A DNA stretch of 64,000 nt from a virus (Duplodnaviria > Caudoviricetes), in the IMG/VR virus record IMGVR_UViG_2767802067_000002, positions 1-64,000 of that record; one strand, written 5' to 3'. The notes under the pieces are model-generated. The model had not been told where the DNA came from. It did not search any database and saw only the letters and a list, made by a program, of their open reading frames with translations. Position 1 is the first letter of the stretch, and the number at the start of each line of letters is the position of its first letter. Made by a program: the position numbers and the translations under genes. Below, one piece after another: positions 29,505 to 39,800 of this stretch.

Positions 29505-32500
29505 CTAGCGCTGGGTCCAGTTCGCGATCACGGTCGCCCCGGCCTGCGGGGTAATGCTGGTCGGGCCCGTGAGCGTGTTGTCGTCCTGGGCGCTCCAGGT
29601 GAGCGTCAGGCCGGCCGGGAGCCCGGTGACCGCCGTCCCGTTCGCGTCCACCAGGTCCCACAGGCCGGAGACGCCCGTCACGGTGAGGCTCGTGAGCGTG
29701 CCCGCGACGTCACCGCCCGGGGTCCACGGCGTGCCGTTGGTGAGGGTGCGCGCCTGGGCCGTGAGGGTGCGGACCGTGTCGTCGTTGACGCACGCCACGA
29801 TGTTCGCGTTGGCGACCGCCGCCCCGGTCACCGAGTCGACCAGCGTCACGGTGCCGTTGGTGTTCCGGATGGCCGTCGCCCGGCCGCTGCCTGTGTTGGT
29901 GCACAGGTCATCGGCGAGGACCTGCGGGCAGCAGTCGGAGCAGATGCCGACCGTGCCGACCGGGGCGAACGCTGCACCGGCCAGGGTGGTGTTCGTGGTG
30001 GAGACCAGGGCGCCCGTAAGCGAGTTGAAGCGGAACAGCCGGATGAACGCGGTGCCGTTCTGGTCGCACAGCACCTCCTCCACGAAGTCCGTGTCCGCCT
30101 GCACCGTCTGGGCGCAGACCCCGACCGCGCCCGTGGGCACGAACGCCGCGCCGGCCAGGGTGGTGTCGGTGAAGCCGGTGACCGCGCCGGTCGTCCCGTA
30201 GGTGTAGGTCCGGATGAACCGGTTCGGGGTGGCCGCGCTGTCGCAGAGGATGAACGACTCGCTGTCGACGCCCGTGCCCGTCCCGCAGGTGCCGACCGCG
30301 CCGACCGGGGCGAACGCTGCGCCCGCGAGGGTCCGGTCCGTGAAGCTGCTGACGACGCCGGCCGCGTCGTAGGCGTAGGTGCGCAGGAAGCGGGTGCCGT
30401 TGGAGTCGCAGAGGATCTGCGACTCGGCGTCGACCCGGTCCCCGGGGCTGGCGGGCTGGCACACGCCGACCGTCCCGGTCACGGTGTACAGCGACCCGTC
30501 AAACGTCGTGTCGTAGTGCCCGGCGATGCTCCCGTCCACCCCGTAGACGAAGTGCCGCAGGAACGGCGTCGACTCGTCGCTGATGCACGCCGGGTTCGGG
30601 GCGGCGTCCGTGACGACCATGCTGTAGCTCGTCAGCAGGTACTCGGGGTGCGTGGTCGGCTGCCACACCAGGTAGGAGTGGTGGACGGTGATAGCCCCGG
30701 CGGCGAGGTCGGCGTACGGGACATCGGCCTCCAGCGTGACCGCGACGGTGGTACCGGACGGGAACGGGCCGATGGTCTGGGAGTCGACGGTCGCCGCGCC
30801 GTTGCGGAGGCTGATGCCCACCGTGCCGCTCGAAGGCGAGCCCTGGCCCGTGTTCCGGACGCTGAACGTGTGCCGGATGTGCACCGTGGTCGGCGGCCCG
30901 CACGGCGCGGTTCCCGGGGGCACCAGGGCGTACTGGACGTTGAAGAACCGCGAGGTCGGCGGGTTCGTCCCCCACGTCGGGACCGTGAGCGACGGGGAGG
31001 CGCCGGTCACCCAGGCGTTGACGTCGGCCACGGCCGGGATCGGGGCGTTCCCGGGCGGGTTGGGTGCCTGGCCGACCGCCGTCGCCGCGATGACGGGCGG
31101 GTCGCCCGTGAAGTCGCACAGCTGCACAACCTCGGCGTCGGTGCCGCCACTGGCGCACGGCACGACCGTGAAGCCGTCCGCGGTCGGGTCGAGGGCGTTG
31201 CCGAGCGCGTCGAAGAAGCCGATCCCGTTCGGGGTCTGCGGGGTGGCCGGGATCGAGTCCTGGTGCCGCGCCCAACCCGCGTGCAGGGCCGTACCGGTAG
31301 ACGTCAGGGTGTAGCAGATCGCCTCGCGGTCGGCGGCGTCCGGCTGGCAGAGCTGGACGGGGCCGACCGGGGCGTAGACCGTGACGCCGTCGAGCTCGAA
31401 GTCCCACAGGGCGTCGTTGGTGCCGGCGATCGGGCTGCCGACGTACCGGCGGAGGAACTGGTGCCCGCCCGCGCCCTGGTCGCACAGGACCTCCTCGAAG
31501 AAGGCGCTCTCCGCGCAGATCAGGATGACCGGGAACGGGACGACCTCGACGCCGGACAGGGTGTAGACATGGGCGGTGCCGTCCGCGTCCCGGGTCAGGA
31601 ACCCCTGGCGCTGGAGGCTGGTAGCGGGATCGCTGAAACAGATGGGCCCGAGGACGTCCGCGCCCGCGCAGGTACCGACCGTGCCGACCGGGGTGTACGC
31701 CGCTCCGTCGAGGGTGAAGTCGCTGTGCGCCTTGACCTGGGGCTGGCCAACGTCGCTGACGGCCTGGACGTACTTGCGCAGGAAGGGCCCGCTGTCGTCG
31801 CAGAGGACCTGGTCGCCCATGAACGCGGTGTCCGTGCAGGAGCCGATGGTGTAGCTGGACGGCGCGGCCACGGGGCCGCCATCGGGACCGACGAAGGAGT
31901 CCGCCAGCACCCCGCCGGAGGCGTCGGTGATGACGACGCGCTGGAGGTTGGTCCGGACGCCGCCGATCGTCGCGCACACCGGGTAGGTGTGCACGAGGTT
32001 CGCGGCTACGGAGCCGCCGTCGCCGCCGGCCGCGGCGGCCGGGCACGGGCCGGGGGTCGGCGCCGGGGCCTGGCCCCAGAACGCCGAGTTCGTCAGGATG
32101 GCGCCGGTCTCGGCGTTCTGCCACGAGTGGATCGTCCCGGTCTCGCAGATCGGGGACCACAGCTCGTCTTCGCAGACGGTGGTGGTCTCGTCCACGGTGA
32201 CGACGCAGGTGTCGTCGTCCGTGGTCGCGGTGGCGCGCTGGTCCGGGCGGTCGATGTAGGCGCGCATGTCGGTGAACAGGCCGCCGCGGGCACCGCCGAC
32301 CGGGTTGTTCGTCGACAGCGCCAGGGTGTAGGTGCTGCCGCCGGTCAGCGGGATCGTCTGGCTGAACTGGGTCCAGGGGTTCGGGCCACCGCTGTTGGTG
32401 ACGGACGGCGGGTTGCTGACGTCATCGATCAGGTCGCCGTTCTGGGCGTCGTCCGTGTCGCCGTTGTCCAGGGTGATCCGGTGCTGCTCGCCGTTGTCGC

Positions 32501-33485
32501 GGGCACCGTGGACGACGCGGATGATGAAGTTCGCCGAGGCCGGAGCGGTGAAGGTCTGCCAGATGGTCGAGCGGCCACCGGGCGGCGGCCCGTCCGAAGT
32601 GATCTCCTGGACCGGGGTACCGCGAGGCGTCGGGGTCGTGCTCTGGCCATCCGCGACGTCCCGGCCCCAGATCTCGAAGGTGCGCCCGACGTCGTTGGTC
32701 TCCCACCCGGAGTTCGCGACGTTGGTGCAGTTCGCCCGGCCGGACGGCGGGAAGCCGGGGAACGGCCCGGGGTCGTCCTGCCGGGCCAGGAGGTGGAAGC
32801 CGTAATTGCCCTGCGAAACAGGCGGGTTGAGCGGCGGCGTCTCGTTGTACGCCGGGTTGATGATCATGTCCTGGCCGCCGTTGTAGACCAGTTCGATCAG
32901 GTCCGGCGGGGACTGGTCCAGGCGCAGGCACTCGATGTGGATCTGCATCGGCGCGGCGGTACCGCAGATGGTCTGTCCGGCGTTCGGGTTCGTGATGGTG
33001 ACCGTGGCCGATGCCGGGACGCGCCCCTCGATGAAGGCGGTCAGGTCTTGCCGGAACTGCTCTCCGTCCGGGTCGGCCACGTCCCAGACGATGTTCGCGG
33101 CGTTCGTGACCTGGTCGACCTGCAAGCTCTGGACCGCGAACCCCGGGTTGATCGGCAGCGTGATGTCGTACTGCCGGCCGGGGTGGTCGACGGGCCCCGT
33201 CGCCGTAGTCGTGCGGTGGAACGCCACGGGCTCCAGGCAGCCGGTCTCGCCAGGGCACGGCATGAGGGTGCCCTGCGCCACGTACGCGATGCCCGTCGCC
33301 GGGTCCACGAAGGTTGGCGGGCCCATCGGGGCGCCGGCAGCGTCGTACTCCCACACCGCCATCGCGGTACCGGCAATGGTCCCGTCCGGCAGGGTGTCGC
33401 AGAGGATCGTCTGCTCGACGTCGACACCGGCCGCCCCCGTACCCCCTCCCTCGCACGGCTGCGGCTGGAACGGCGGAGTCGTCAC
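29505..33485 (-). CDS. Large Cys-repeat virion protein
   Basis: About seven LCD..G..F.R.Y...TL.G..(F/Y).P.G.VG.C modules with inserted domains. Confidence 0.8.
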   Translation of the reverse strand: MTTPPFQPQPCEGGGTGAAGVDVEQTILCDTLPDGTIAGTAMAVWEYDAAGAPMGPPTFVDPATGIAYVAQGTLMPCPGETGCLEPVAFHRTTTATGPVDHPGRQYDITLPINPGFAVQSLQVDQVTNAANIVWDVADPDGEQFRQDLTAFIEGRVPASATVTITNPNAGQTICGTAAPMQIHIECLRLDQSPPDLIELVYNGGQDMIINPAYNETPPLNPPVSQGNYGFHLLARQDDPGPFPGFPPSGRANCTNVANSGWETNDVGRTFEIWGRDVADGQSTTPTPRGTPVQEITSDGPPPGGRSTIWQTFTAPASANFIIRVVHGARDNGEQHRITLDNGDTDDAQNGDLIDDVSNPPSVTNSGGPNPWTQFSQTIPLTGGSTYTLALSTNNPVGGARGGLFTDMRAYIDRPDQRATATTDDDTCVVTVDETTTVCEDELWSPICETGTIHSWQNAETGAILTNSAFWGQAPAPTPGPCPAAAAGGDGGSVAANLVHTYPVCATIGGVRTNLQRVVITDASGGVLADSFVGPDGGPVAAPSSYTIGSCTDTAFMGDQVLCDDSGPFLRKYVQAVSDVGQPQVKAHSDFTLDGAAYTPVGTVGTCAGADVLGPICFSDPATSLQRQGFLTRDADGTAHVYTLSGVEVVPFPVILICAESAFFEEVLCDQGAGGHQFLRRYVGSPIAGTNDALWDFELDGVTVYAPVGPVQLCQPDAADREAICYTLTSTGTALHAGWARHQDSIPATPQTPNGIGFFDALGNALDPTADGFTVVPCASGGTDAEVVQLCDFTGDPPVIAATAVGQAPNPPGNAPIPAVADVNAWVTGASPSLTVPTWGTNPPTSRFFNVQYALVPPGTAPCGPPTTVHIRHTFSVRNTGQGSPSSGTVGISLRNGAATVDSQTIGPFPSGTTVAVTLEADVPYADLAAGAITVHHSYLVWQPTTHPEYLLTSYSMVVTDAAPNPACISDESTPFLRHFVYGVDGSIAGHYDTTFDGSLYTVTGTVGVCQPASPGDRVDAESQILCDSNGTRFLRTYAYDAAGVVSSFTDRTLAGAAFAPVGAVGTCGTGTGVDSESFILCDSAATPNRFIRTYTYGTTGAVTGFTDTTLAGAAFVPTGAVGVCAQTVQADTDFVEEVLCDQNGTAFIRLFRFNSLTGALVSTTNTTLAGAAFAPVGTVGICSDCCPQVLADDLCTNTGSGRATAIRNTNGTVTLVDSVTGAAVANANIVACVNDDTVRTLTAQARTLTNGTPWTPGGDVAGTLTSLTVTGVSGLWDLVDANGTAVTGLPAGLTLTWSAQDDNTLTGPTSITPQAGATVIANWTQR

Positions 33486-33524
33486 GGCATCCTCCTGGAG
33501 GAGTTGGGCGGGGTCGTCGGCACG

Positions 33525-34019
33525 TCAGCCTCCGTGCACGCGGGTGCGGTGCATCGCCAGGCCGCGGTCGCCGCTGAACGACTTCTGGCAGTCCGCGCAG
33601 ACGAACTCGGCAGCGTCGTCCTGGTCCTCGGTGGCGGGCTGCTCCTCGACCGGGACGTCCTCCAGCGGCGCGAAGTCCGGCCCGTCGAGCGGGACCGCGT
33701 CGGGCTCGTGCGCCTCCGGGGGAAGCTCGGGCAGCGCCTCGCCGGGTCCGGACTCCTGCTCGGCGCCCGGCGCCGTCTCGGGCGGCGCGCTGCCCGGCTC
33801 CGTCTCGGCCGGGGCCGCCGCGTCCTGCCGCGGCACGTACGGCTGCCCGTCGACCAGGGCGCCGAGCAGCAGCTCCTCGGGCACGTCGGCGAACAGTGCG
33901 GCGGGTACGCCGAACGACGACGGGCCGACGGTGCGGAGCTTCGGCCGCTGGGCGACCGCCCAGGCCGCGAACGGCTGCCGGAGCTCGGCGGCGGGCTGGA
34001 TGGACAGGTTGCTGCTCAC
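33525..34019 (-). CDS. Acidic protein with C-terminal C2H2 zinc finger
   Basis: CADC...F...GLAMHRTRVH. Confidence 0.75.
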   Translation of the reverse strand: MSSNLSIQPAAELRQPFAAWAVAQRPKLRTVGPSSFGVPAALFADVPEELLLGALVDGQPYVPRQDAAAPAETEPGSAPPETAPGAEQESGPGEALPELPPEAHEPDAVPLDGPDFAPLEDVPVEEQPATEDQDDAAEFVCADCQKSFSGDRGLAMHRTRVHGG

Positions 34020-34029
34020 AGGTGGCTCC

Positions 34030-34854
34030 TCAGCACAGGGTGACGCGGACCGCCGCGGCGCGGCAGCAGGCGATCTCGACGACGAAGGTCTGCTGGGCCT
34101 GGACCCGGCGGTCGTTGGTGCGCAGGTTGACGCTCTCCGCGTCCTTGAGCGGTACGACCTCGACTTCGTCCCGGCGGACCCGGACCGGGCTGGTGGCGTA
34201 CAGCCACGCCTCGCCCGGGTCCGCGGTGGTGCAGTCGGGCGGGCCGACGTTGACGCTGTAGCCGGCGCCGAGGACGACGCAGGACCCGGCGAGGGTGCGG
34301 GGCCCGCCGGTGTCGACGCCGATGATGACGGAGCGCTCGGACAGCAGCGCGCCGGCGCCGACCGGGATGTGCAGCACGCCGGCGCCGCCGTACTCGGTGC
34401 CGAGCCAGGTCTCCAGGATCCCGATGCCCTGAGCGACCGTCACCGCCCCGGCCGCCGGGGTCTGGTCCTCGGCCATCGGGCACAGCACGTCGCGCAGGAA
34501 CCACTCCTCCAGGGCGCGCTGGGCGCCCATCCGAAGCGACTCCTTCACGTGCGCGACGGCTTCCTCGTACGGGTAGCCGATCGTCGTGCACTCAGTGCCG
34601 GACACGATCGTCACCGGCGCGGCCGAGCAGGTCCCCGGCTTGTCGTAGACGACGTCGCCGGGCTCGGGCTCCCCTTCGGGCGGGCACCAGGTGGTGTCGT
34701 GCGCGTCGGCGCAGCTGAGGGGCCGCCAGTCGGTGCCCAGCATCTCGTGCGGGTCGGCGGAGTCGATGATCTCGGTGCAGCCACCGAGGAGGCCGTAGGG
34801 CAGCGGCTCCCCGGGGGCGGCGGTCACGTACTTGCGTAGCCCGGCGTCGGGCAT
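34030..34854 (-). CDS. Capsid protein 2 (candidate pentamer protein, Rosebush/cluster-B-like)
   Basis: Directly after the major capsid gene; PYGLL, GVLHIP, VVLGAGY. Confidence 0.65.
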   Translation of the reverse strand: MPDAGLRKYVTAAPGEPLPYGLLGGCTEIIDSADPHEMLGTDWRPLSCADAHDTTWCPPEGEPEPGDVVYDKPGTCSAAPVTIVSGTECTTIGYPYEEAVAHVKESLRMGAQRALEEWFLRDVLCPMAEDQTPAAGAVTVAQGIGILETWLGTEYGGAGVLHIPVGAGALLSERSVIIGVDTGGPRTLAGSCVVLGAGYSVNVGPPDCTTADPGEAWLYATSPVRVRRDEVEVVPLKDAESVNLRTNDRRVQAQQTFVVEIACCRAAAVRVTLC

Positions 34855-34938
34855 TGCGGGCCTCCATCGTCGTCAGGACGGTGCGCCCGGTCCCGGCACG
34901 GAGCAGAGCCGGGCCCGGGCGCACCGCGTGCGGGGCCG

Positions 34939-36576
34939 TCAGGCGACGGGGCAGGACAGGGTCTTCTGCGCACCGGTCGAGCCGTCGGCGCAGACCGGCA
35001 CGGTGACGAGGCGGGTGTCGACCGACCTGTCCACGAGAGCGACGCACTCCTCGCTGAAGGTCGCCGTGTAGTCGTTCTTGCTGAACTTCACGGAGTCGTG
35101 GACCACGCCGAGGTTGATCTCCGCGCCACGTCCAGCCTGGAGAGAACCAGCGGGGTAGATCAGGAAGCTGACCTCGTCGGGCCACGCGGTGGCCGGCGTC
35201 GCGCCGCCGATCTCACCCGGCTGCGCCGGGGTCAGACCGCGCGCCCACTGGATCCGGGTGCCGAGCGGCGTGTACAGGTCCTGGACCATGCCGATGTCGA
35301 CCTGGTCCAGCCCGACGCCGTTCCGGCGCGCCAGGTCGGCCAACATCATGTTCCTGCTCCACCACGGGAACACGACCTCGAGCGCGGTTCCTTCGCAGAG
35401 CGAGTGACGCTCGATCATGTCCGCCGCGGTGAGGGCGACGGCGCCGTGCAGCGCCGAGACGGTGCCCATCGTCGCGGTCAGTGCGACCGAGGTCGCGGTG
35501 GCCACGGCCTGCTCGAACAGCTCCTGCTTGATGCGGATCTCGTGCGCGACCATCTGGTTGCGCAGGTACCAGGCGACGAGCTCCGGGAAGTGCCGCTGCG
35601 TCAGGATGCCCGCTTCCAGGCAGATCCCGACCGCCTCGCAGCGGACTTCCAGCGGCTGCGGGCACGGGATCTTGAAGCACGGCTTCGTGGCGCCCGCGAT
35701 GTCGTCGGCCTCGGTGTGCACCCAGGTCATCGCGGCGACGTCCAGCGTCGGCGGCTTGTAGTAGCGGATACCGCCCCTGGCGAGCTGCGTCTCCGGCAGG
35801 TCCCACAGCATGTCGGGGCAGGCCACGTCGGCGATGTCGTAGACCATCTCCGACACCGCGCACCAGCCGCCGGACGCGACCAAGTCCCCCTTCGGCAGGC
35901 GCCGCTGGTTGGAGGCGGTGAGGGTCACCGAGGTGCCCTCCGGGATGGAGCCGGCGTCGGTGACGATCAGCTCGTCCGGGTACGGGTGCGAGTAGCTGGC
36001 GACCTGGCTGCTGCCGCCGTTGATGGTCTTGAGGGCGTTCGCGCGGGCGATGACACCTGCGGTCAGGTCGTCGAAGTTGATGGTGCTGCCCGGCTTGTGG
36101 CCGGGGACGTCGACCGACGCGGTGATGCGGGTCGCCGGCTTGTTCTCCTCGGGGAGGACGCGGCGCTGGCCCGCGCGGACCGCACTGAGGTTCAGACGGG
36201 GCCTCGCCGGCGGGGTCGCGGCCGCGGTCGCCGCCGCTTCCGGCTCCGGCTCGGGCTCGTCGGACGCGGTCGCCTCGGTTTCCGTCTCGGCCTCCGGCTC
36301 GACCTGGGCGGCGGGCTCCTCAGCCTGGCCGCGCACCTGGGCGGCGAGAGCATCGATCTCGGCGGCGGCCTGCTGCGCCGCGTCCAGCCGGGACGCCTGC
36401 TCGGCGCGGATGTCGTTGACGGCCGCCGCGATGGCGCGCATCTCGGCCAGGTCGTCCTGGCTGATGCTGGTGCTGTTGGAGCGGGAGTCGAACGCGGCGA
36501 CCGCCGCGTCCAGGAGTGCGCCGAGCTCGTCGTCGGTCAGCGCGCTGTAGCTCTCGGGGAGCTCGAACGGGTCCAT
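34939..36576 (-). CDS. Major capsid (hexamer) protein with N-terminal scaffold-like domain
   Basis: LVASGGWCAVSE..YD, DLPE...RGG, LGVVHDS...NDY..FSEE. Confidence 0.9.
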   Translation of the reverse strand: MDPFELPESYSALTDDELGALLDAAVAAFDSRSNSTSISQDDLAEMRAIAAAVNDIRAEQASRLDAAQQAAAEIDALAAQVRGQAEEPAAQVEPEAETETEATASDEPEPEPEAAATAAATPPARPRLNLSAVRAGQRRVLPEENKPATRITASVDVPGHKPGSTINFDDLTAGVIARANALKTINGGSSQVASYSHPYPDELIVTDAGSIPEGTSVTLTASNQRRLPKGDLVASGGWCAVSEMVYDIADVACPDMLWDLPETQLARGGIRYYKPPTLDVAAMTWVHTEADDIAGATKPCFKIPCPQPLEVRCEAVGICLEAGILTQRHFPELVAWYLRNQMVAHEIRIKQELFEQAVATATSVALTATMGTVSALHGAVALTAADMIERHSLCEGTALEVVFPWWSRNMMLADLARRNGVGLDQVDIGMVQDLYTPLGTRIQWARGLTPAQPGEIGGATPATAWPDEVSFLIYPAGSLQAGRGAEINLGVVHDSVKFSKNDYTATFSEECVALVDRSVDTRLVTVPVCADGSTGAQKTLSCPVA

Positions 36577-36606
36577 CGGCCGTGTCTCCAGATCAGTCGG
36601 AGAGAT

Positions 36607-36644
36607 GGCCCGGCCCAAAACCAGCAGCGCTCCCGGAAATAGTA
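36607..36644 (-). promoter_or_regulatory. Late promoter and leader motif (major capsid)
   Basis: TACTAT-N7-AGCGCTGCTGGTTTTGGGCCGGGCC. Confidence 0.75.
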
Positions 36645-36670
36645 GCCGCCCCCGGGTTCCGGGGGCGGCT
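36644..36670 (-). terminator. Hairpin abutting the capsid promoter
   Basis: AGCCGCCCCCGG-GTT-CCGGGGGCGGCT. Confidence 0.65.
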
Positions 36671-36705
36671 CCTGTCAAGCAGGTGCGCGGCGCGGGCCGC
36701 GACGG

Positions 36706-36888
36706 TCAGGCCGTCTTCGGGGCGATCTCCGTGCTGCCCTTCGGCCGGGCGATGCTCCCCGGGTAGCGGAGCGCGACCGCCTTCGCCGTCGCCTGGGTGC
36801 CGCCCGGGAAGAGGACCTTGCCGTTGCCGCCGTCGGCGACGACCTCCCACTGGTTGCTGCTGCCGCCCTTGTTGCATCCGCAGGCCAT
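36706..36888 (-). CDS. Small MACGC-type head-region protein
   Basis: MACGCNKG start; lies between protease-like gene and capsid. Confidence 0.7.
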   Translation of the reverse strand: MACGCNKGGSSNQWEVVADGGNGKVLFPGGTQATAKAVALRYPGSIARPKGSTEIAPKTA

Positions 36889-36890
36889 GG

Positions 36891-39800
36891 TCAAACTCCG
36901 TTCTCGGTGGTGCCGGACATGCCGGCGGTGGTCTTCTGGCGAATCGGGGCGAGCGCGGCGGCCAGCTCGGCGACCTCGGCGCGGGCCGCCTGGCGCTGCT
37001 CCATGGCCTCGGCGAGACGGTCGACGAATCCGGGGTCGGACATGGCCGCGGCGACGACTTCGGCGACGTCCTCGACGGACACGGACACGTACGTGTCCGC
37101 CCCGTGTCCGGACACGGTGTCCGGACGGTGTCCGCCCAGGTCAGGGTGGATGTCCTCGGCGATGGCGGACACGTCCGCCGGGATGTCCGGGACGTGTCCG
37201 GACACGGTGTCCGCCGTGTCCGCGAGGACGGCGGAGGCCGCGAGGGCGAGGTTCGAGCGCTCGGCGACGGCGGACGCCAGCAGCGGCGAGGAGTGCCCGG
37301 GCACCGGCACGGACAGCACCGCGCGCAGCTCCCACTGGCCGCCCCGCCGCTTCTGCCGCAGGTGGTAGCTGGGCTGGCACGCGGCGAACACCAGACGGTC
37401 CCAGTCGGACAGCCACGGCCCGGCCGCGCCGCTGAACCACATGCCCCGCTCGTTCATGCCGACGGTCACGATCCCCGCCACGGTCCGGGTGTCGTCGAAC
37501 TGGCAGCTCGCGGTCTCGCACTCGGCGCCGTCGCGGTGGTGGCCGACGTTCATGGTTAGCGCACCGGCCTTCACGCTGCCGCCGTCGTCCAGCGGGAACT
37601 TCTTCCGCAGGAAGTGGCTCAGGTCGATCTCGCCGAGCGATTCGATCGTCACCTTCTTCCCCGGGATGCCCGCGTGCGGCTCTCCGGCCTGCGCGACCCA
37701 GCCGTAGATCCGGCCGTTCGCGTAGTGGACGCCGCCGGACCCGGGCGGCAGCTCCTCCACGGTCGGCTCGACGAACCAGGCAGCGGGCATCGGCGGGAGC
37801 CCCTGCAACGCGGTCCACGCCGACGCCACCAGGTCCTCGTCGGAGATGTCGGCGGACGCGGTGACGGGGCCCTCCGGGTGGCTGGACGGGCCGACGTAGA
37901 CGCCGCGCGCCAGGCGCACCAGCCGGCCGGACTCGACGGCCTGGGCGAGGTGGTTGCGGACGGTGGACACCAGCAGGCCCAGGGCCTTCGCGACGTCGCT
38001 CGCGCCGACCGGCACCGGCGAGGAGCACACGAACACCACGACCTGGTCGTGGACGCCGCTGTCGTCCGCCGCCGCGGTGGCCGAAGCGGTCTCCTCCTCG
38101 ACCCACGGCGGCGCGTCCGGGGCGCCGTCGACCTCCTCGGCGATCCGCGCGTACAGCTTCTCCACGTTGGCCTTGACGGCGTCGCTGTCCTTCTCCGGCA
38201 GGTCGACGCCGCCCATGCCGCCCTGGAGCACCGACGCGACCGCGTAGACCCCGGCCGGGACGATGTGGAGCTCACCGTCGAAGACGTCCGCGAACGGCAG
38301 CTTGTACGCGCTGGCGGTCGCCGGGTCCGCCTCGTCGTCGCGCCACAGGAACCCGGCGGCGAGCTTCTTCGGGTCCACCGCGCCGTCGTCGCCGGTCGCG
38401 TAGGCCAGGATCCGCTTCTGCGCACCCGGGCCGTCCCAGCGGGCCTCGGGGTCGTCGTGGACCGGCAGGGCCAGGTCGCCGACGGCGGACGCCGCCAGCT
38501 CTCCGACCGGGTCCAGGACGATCCGGGCCCGGTTGTAGGCGGGCATCGCGACGAGGGTCGCACCGCGCAGCCGCGCCCGGGTCACCCGGATCAGGAAGTC
38601 CCCGGACTTCTCGGAGTGGATGACCAGGCCCTCGTCGGTGTCGGGGTCGCCGGCCGCCGCGGTGCGGGCCCGCTCCTCCTGGAGCGGAATCTGCATCAGC
38701 TCGACGTCCGAGGCGGTGATCGGCTCCCCGGTCGGGCGGGTGAGGACGCCGGTCCCGCCGAACGCCGCGCGCAGCGCGTCGCCGCTGATCCTCCCGTCCG
38801 GGCCGGTGATGAGCTGCACCTGGTGCTGCGTCCGGGACATGGTGACGCCGGAGGCGGTCCAGTCGCCGGCCGCGGTGGCGGTGATCGCCCACGAGCCGTC
38901 GTCGAGCCGCAGGAAGCTCGCGTGGGCGAGGCGCGCGGAGGCGGCCAGGCCGTACCAGCCGTCGTCCTCCTCCGCGACCTGGTCGGCCGGGTTGTAGGTG
39001 CGGTCGACGAACTCGACCTCGGCGTCGTCCAGGTCGACGCTGACGCCGAGCGGGGCGCCCTCGTCGAGGAGCAGCACCGCGTCGGCGGCGGCCGGGCGAG
39101 CCGGGTAGAGGACCCCGCTGCCGCCGATCCGGTCGCCGGTGCGGTTCAGCTCCTGGATGGAGCCGATCAGCTCGGCGCCCTCGTGGCCGCCGAGCATCTG
39201 CTCCGCGTACTGGAGCGGCCACGGGCCGTCGGACCAGTAGAGCGAGCCCTTCGCGAAGACCCTGCCATCGCCCGTCTGTTCGTTCTCGAACGCCAACGCG
39301 GTGTCGTCCGGGGTGGACCAGCCGCGGGTCTCGATTCCGGCGGCCGTGGCGTCTGCGGGTTCCATCGGTGTTTCCTCCTCGGTGGTGCCGAGCGGGATGT
39401 CGGCGTACTCGCCCGCGAAGGCGACGCGGAGCCGGTCGAAGGTGACCGGGCCGAGCCGGTCGGTCATCTCCTGGAGCGGCCAGCCCTCGGGGCTGTAGAT
39501 CCCGCACACGTGCGGCGCCCAGGGCGAGTGCTGGACGGGCAGCTCCGGATGGTCGTGGGTGCCTTCCAACGCCATCAGGGCGGCGTCGTGGGCGTCCTCC
39601 AGCACGGGGGCGCCGGCCGGGCGGTCGCGGTCGTCGCCGACGGCCCACACCCACGACGGGGAGGCCGACCCCGGGTTCCAGTGGTTCACGCCGAAGGCGC
39701 GGCCGGCGATCGTGCCGCCGACCGTCTTGGCGAAGGCGCGGACCTCGGCGATCAGCTCGTTGCGCTGCTCCGGGGTCCAGTCGGCGCCTTCGCCGAGGAA

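Noticed and set aside
22941-33485. Diversity-generating retroelement targeting fibre genes
   Set aside because: No reverse transcriptase and no adenine-specific TR/VR pair seen
14091-34043. Very long alternative-frame ORFs (e.g. 14091-18359 -, 14132-17950 +, 23119-26013 +, 29478-34043 +)
   Set aside because: Arg/Gly/Pro-rich shadows of real genes, expected from high GC3 codon bias
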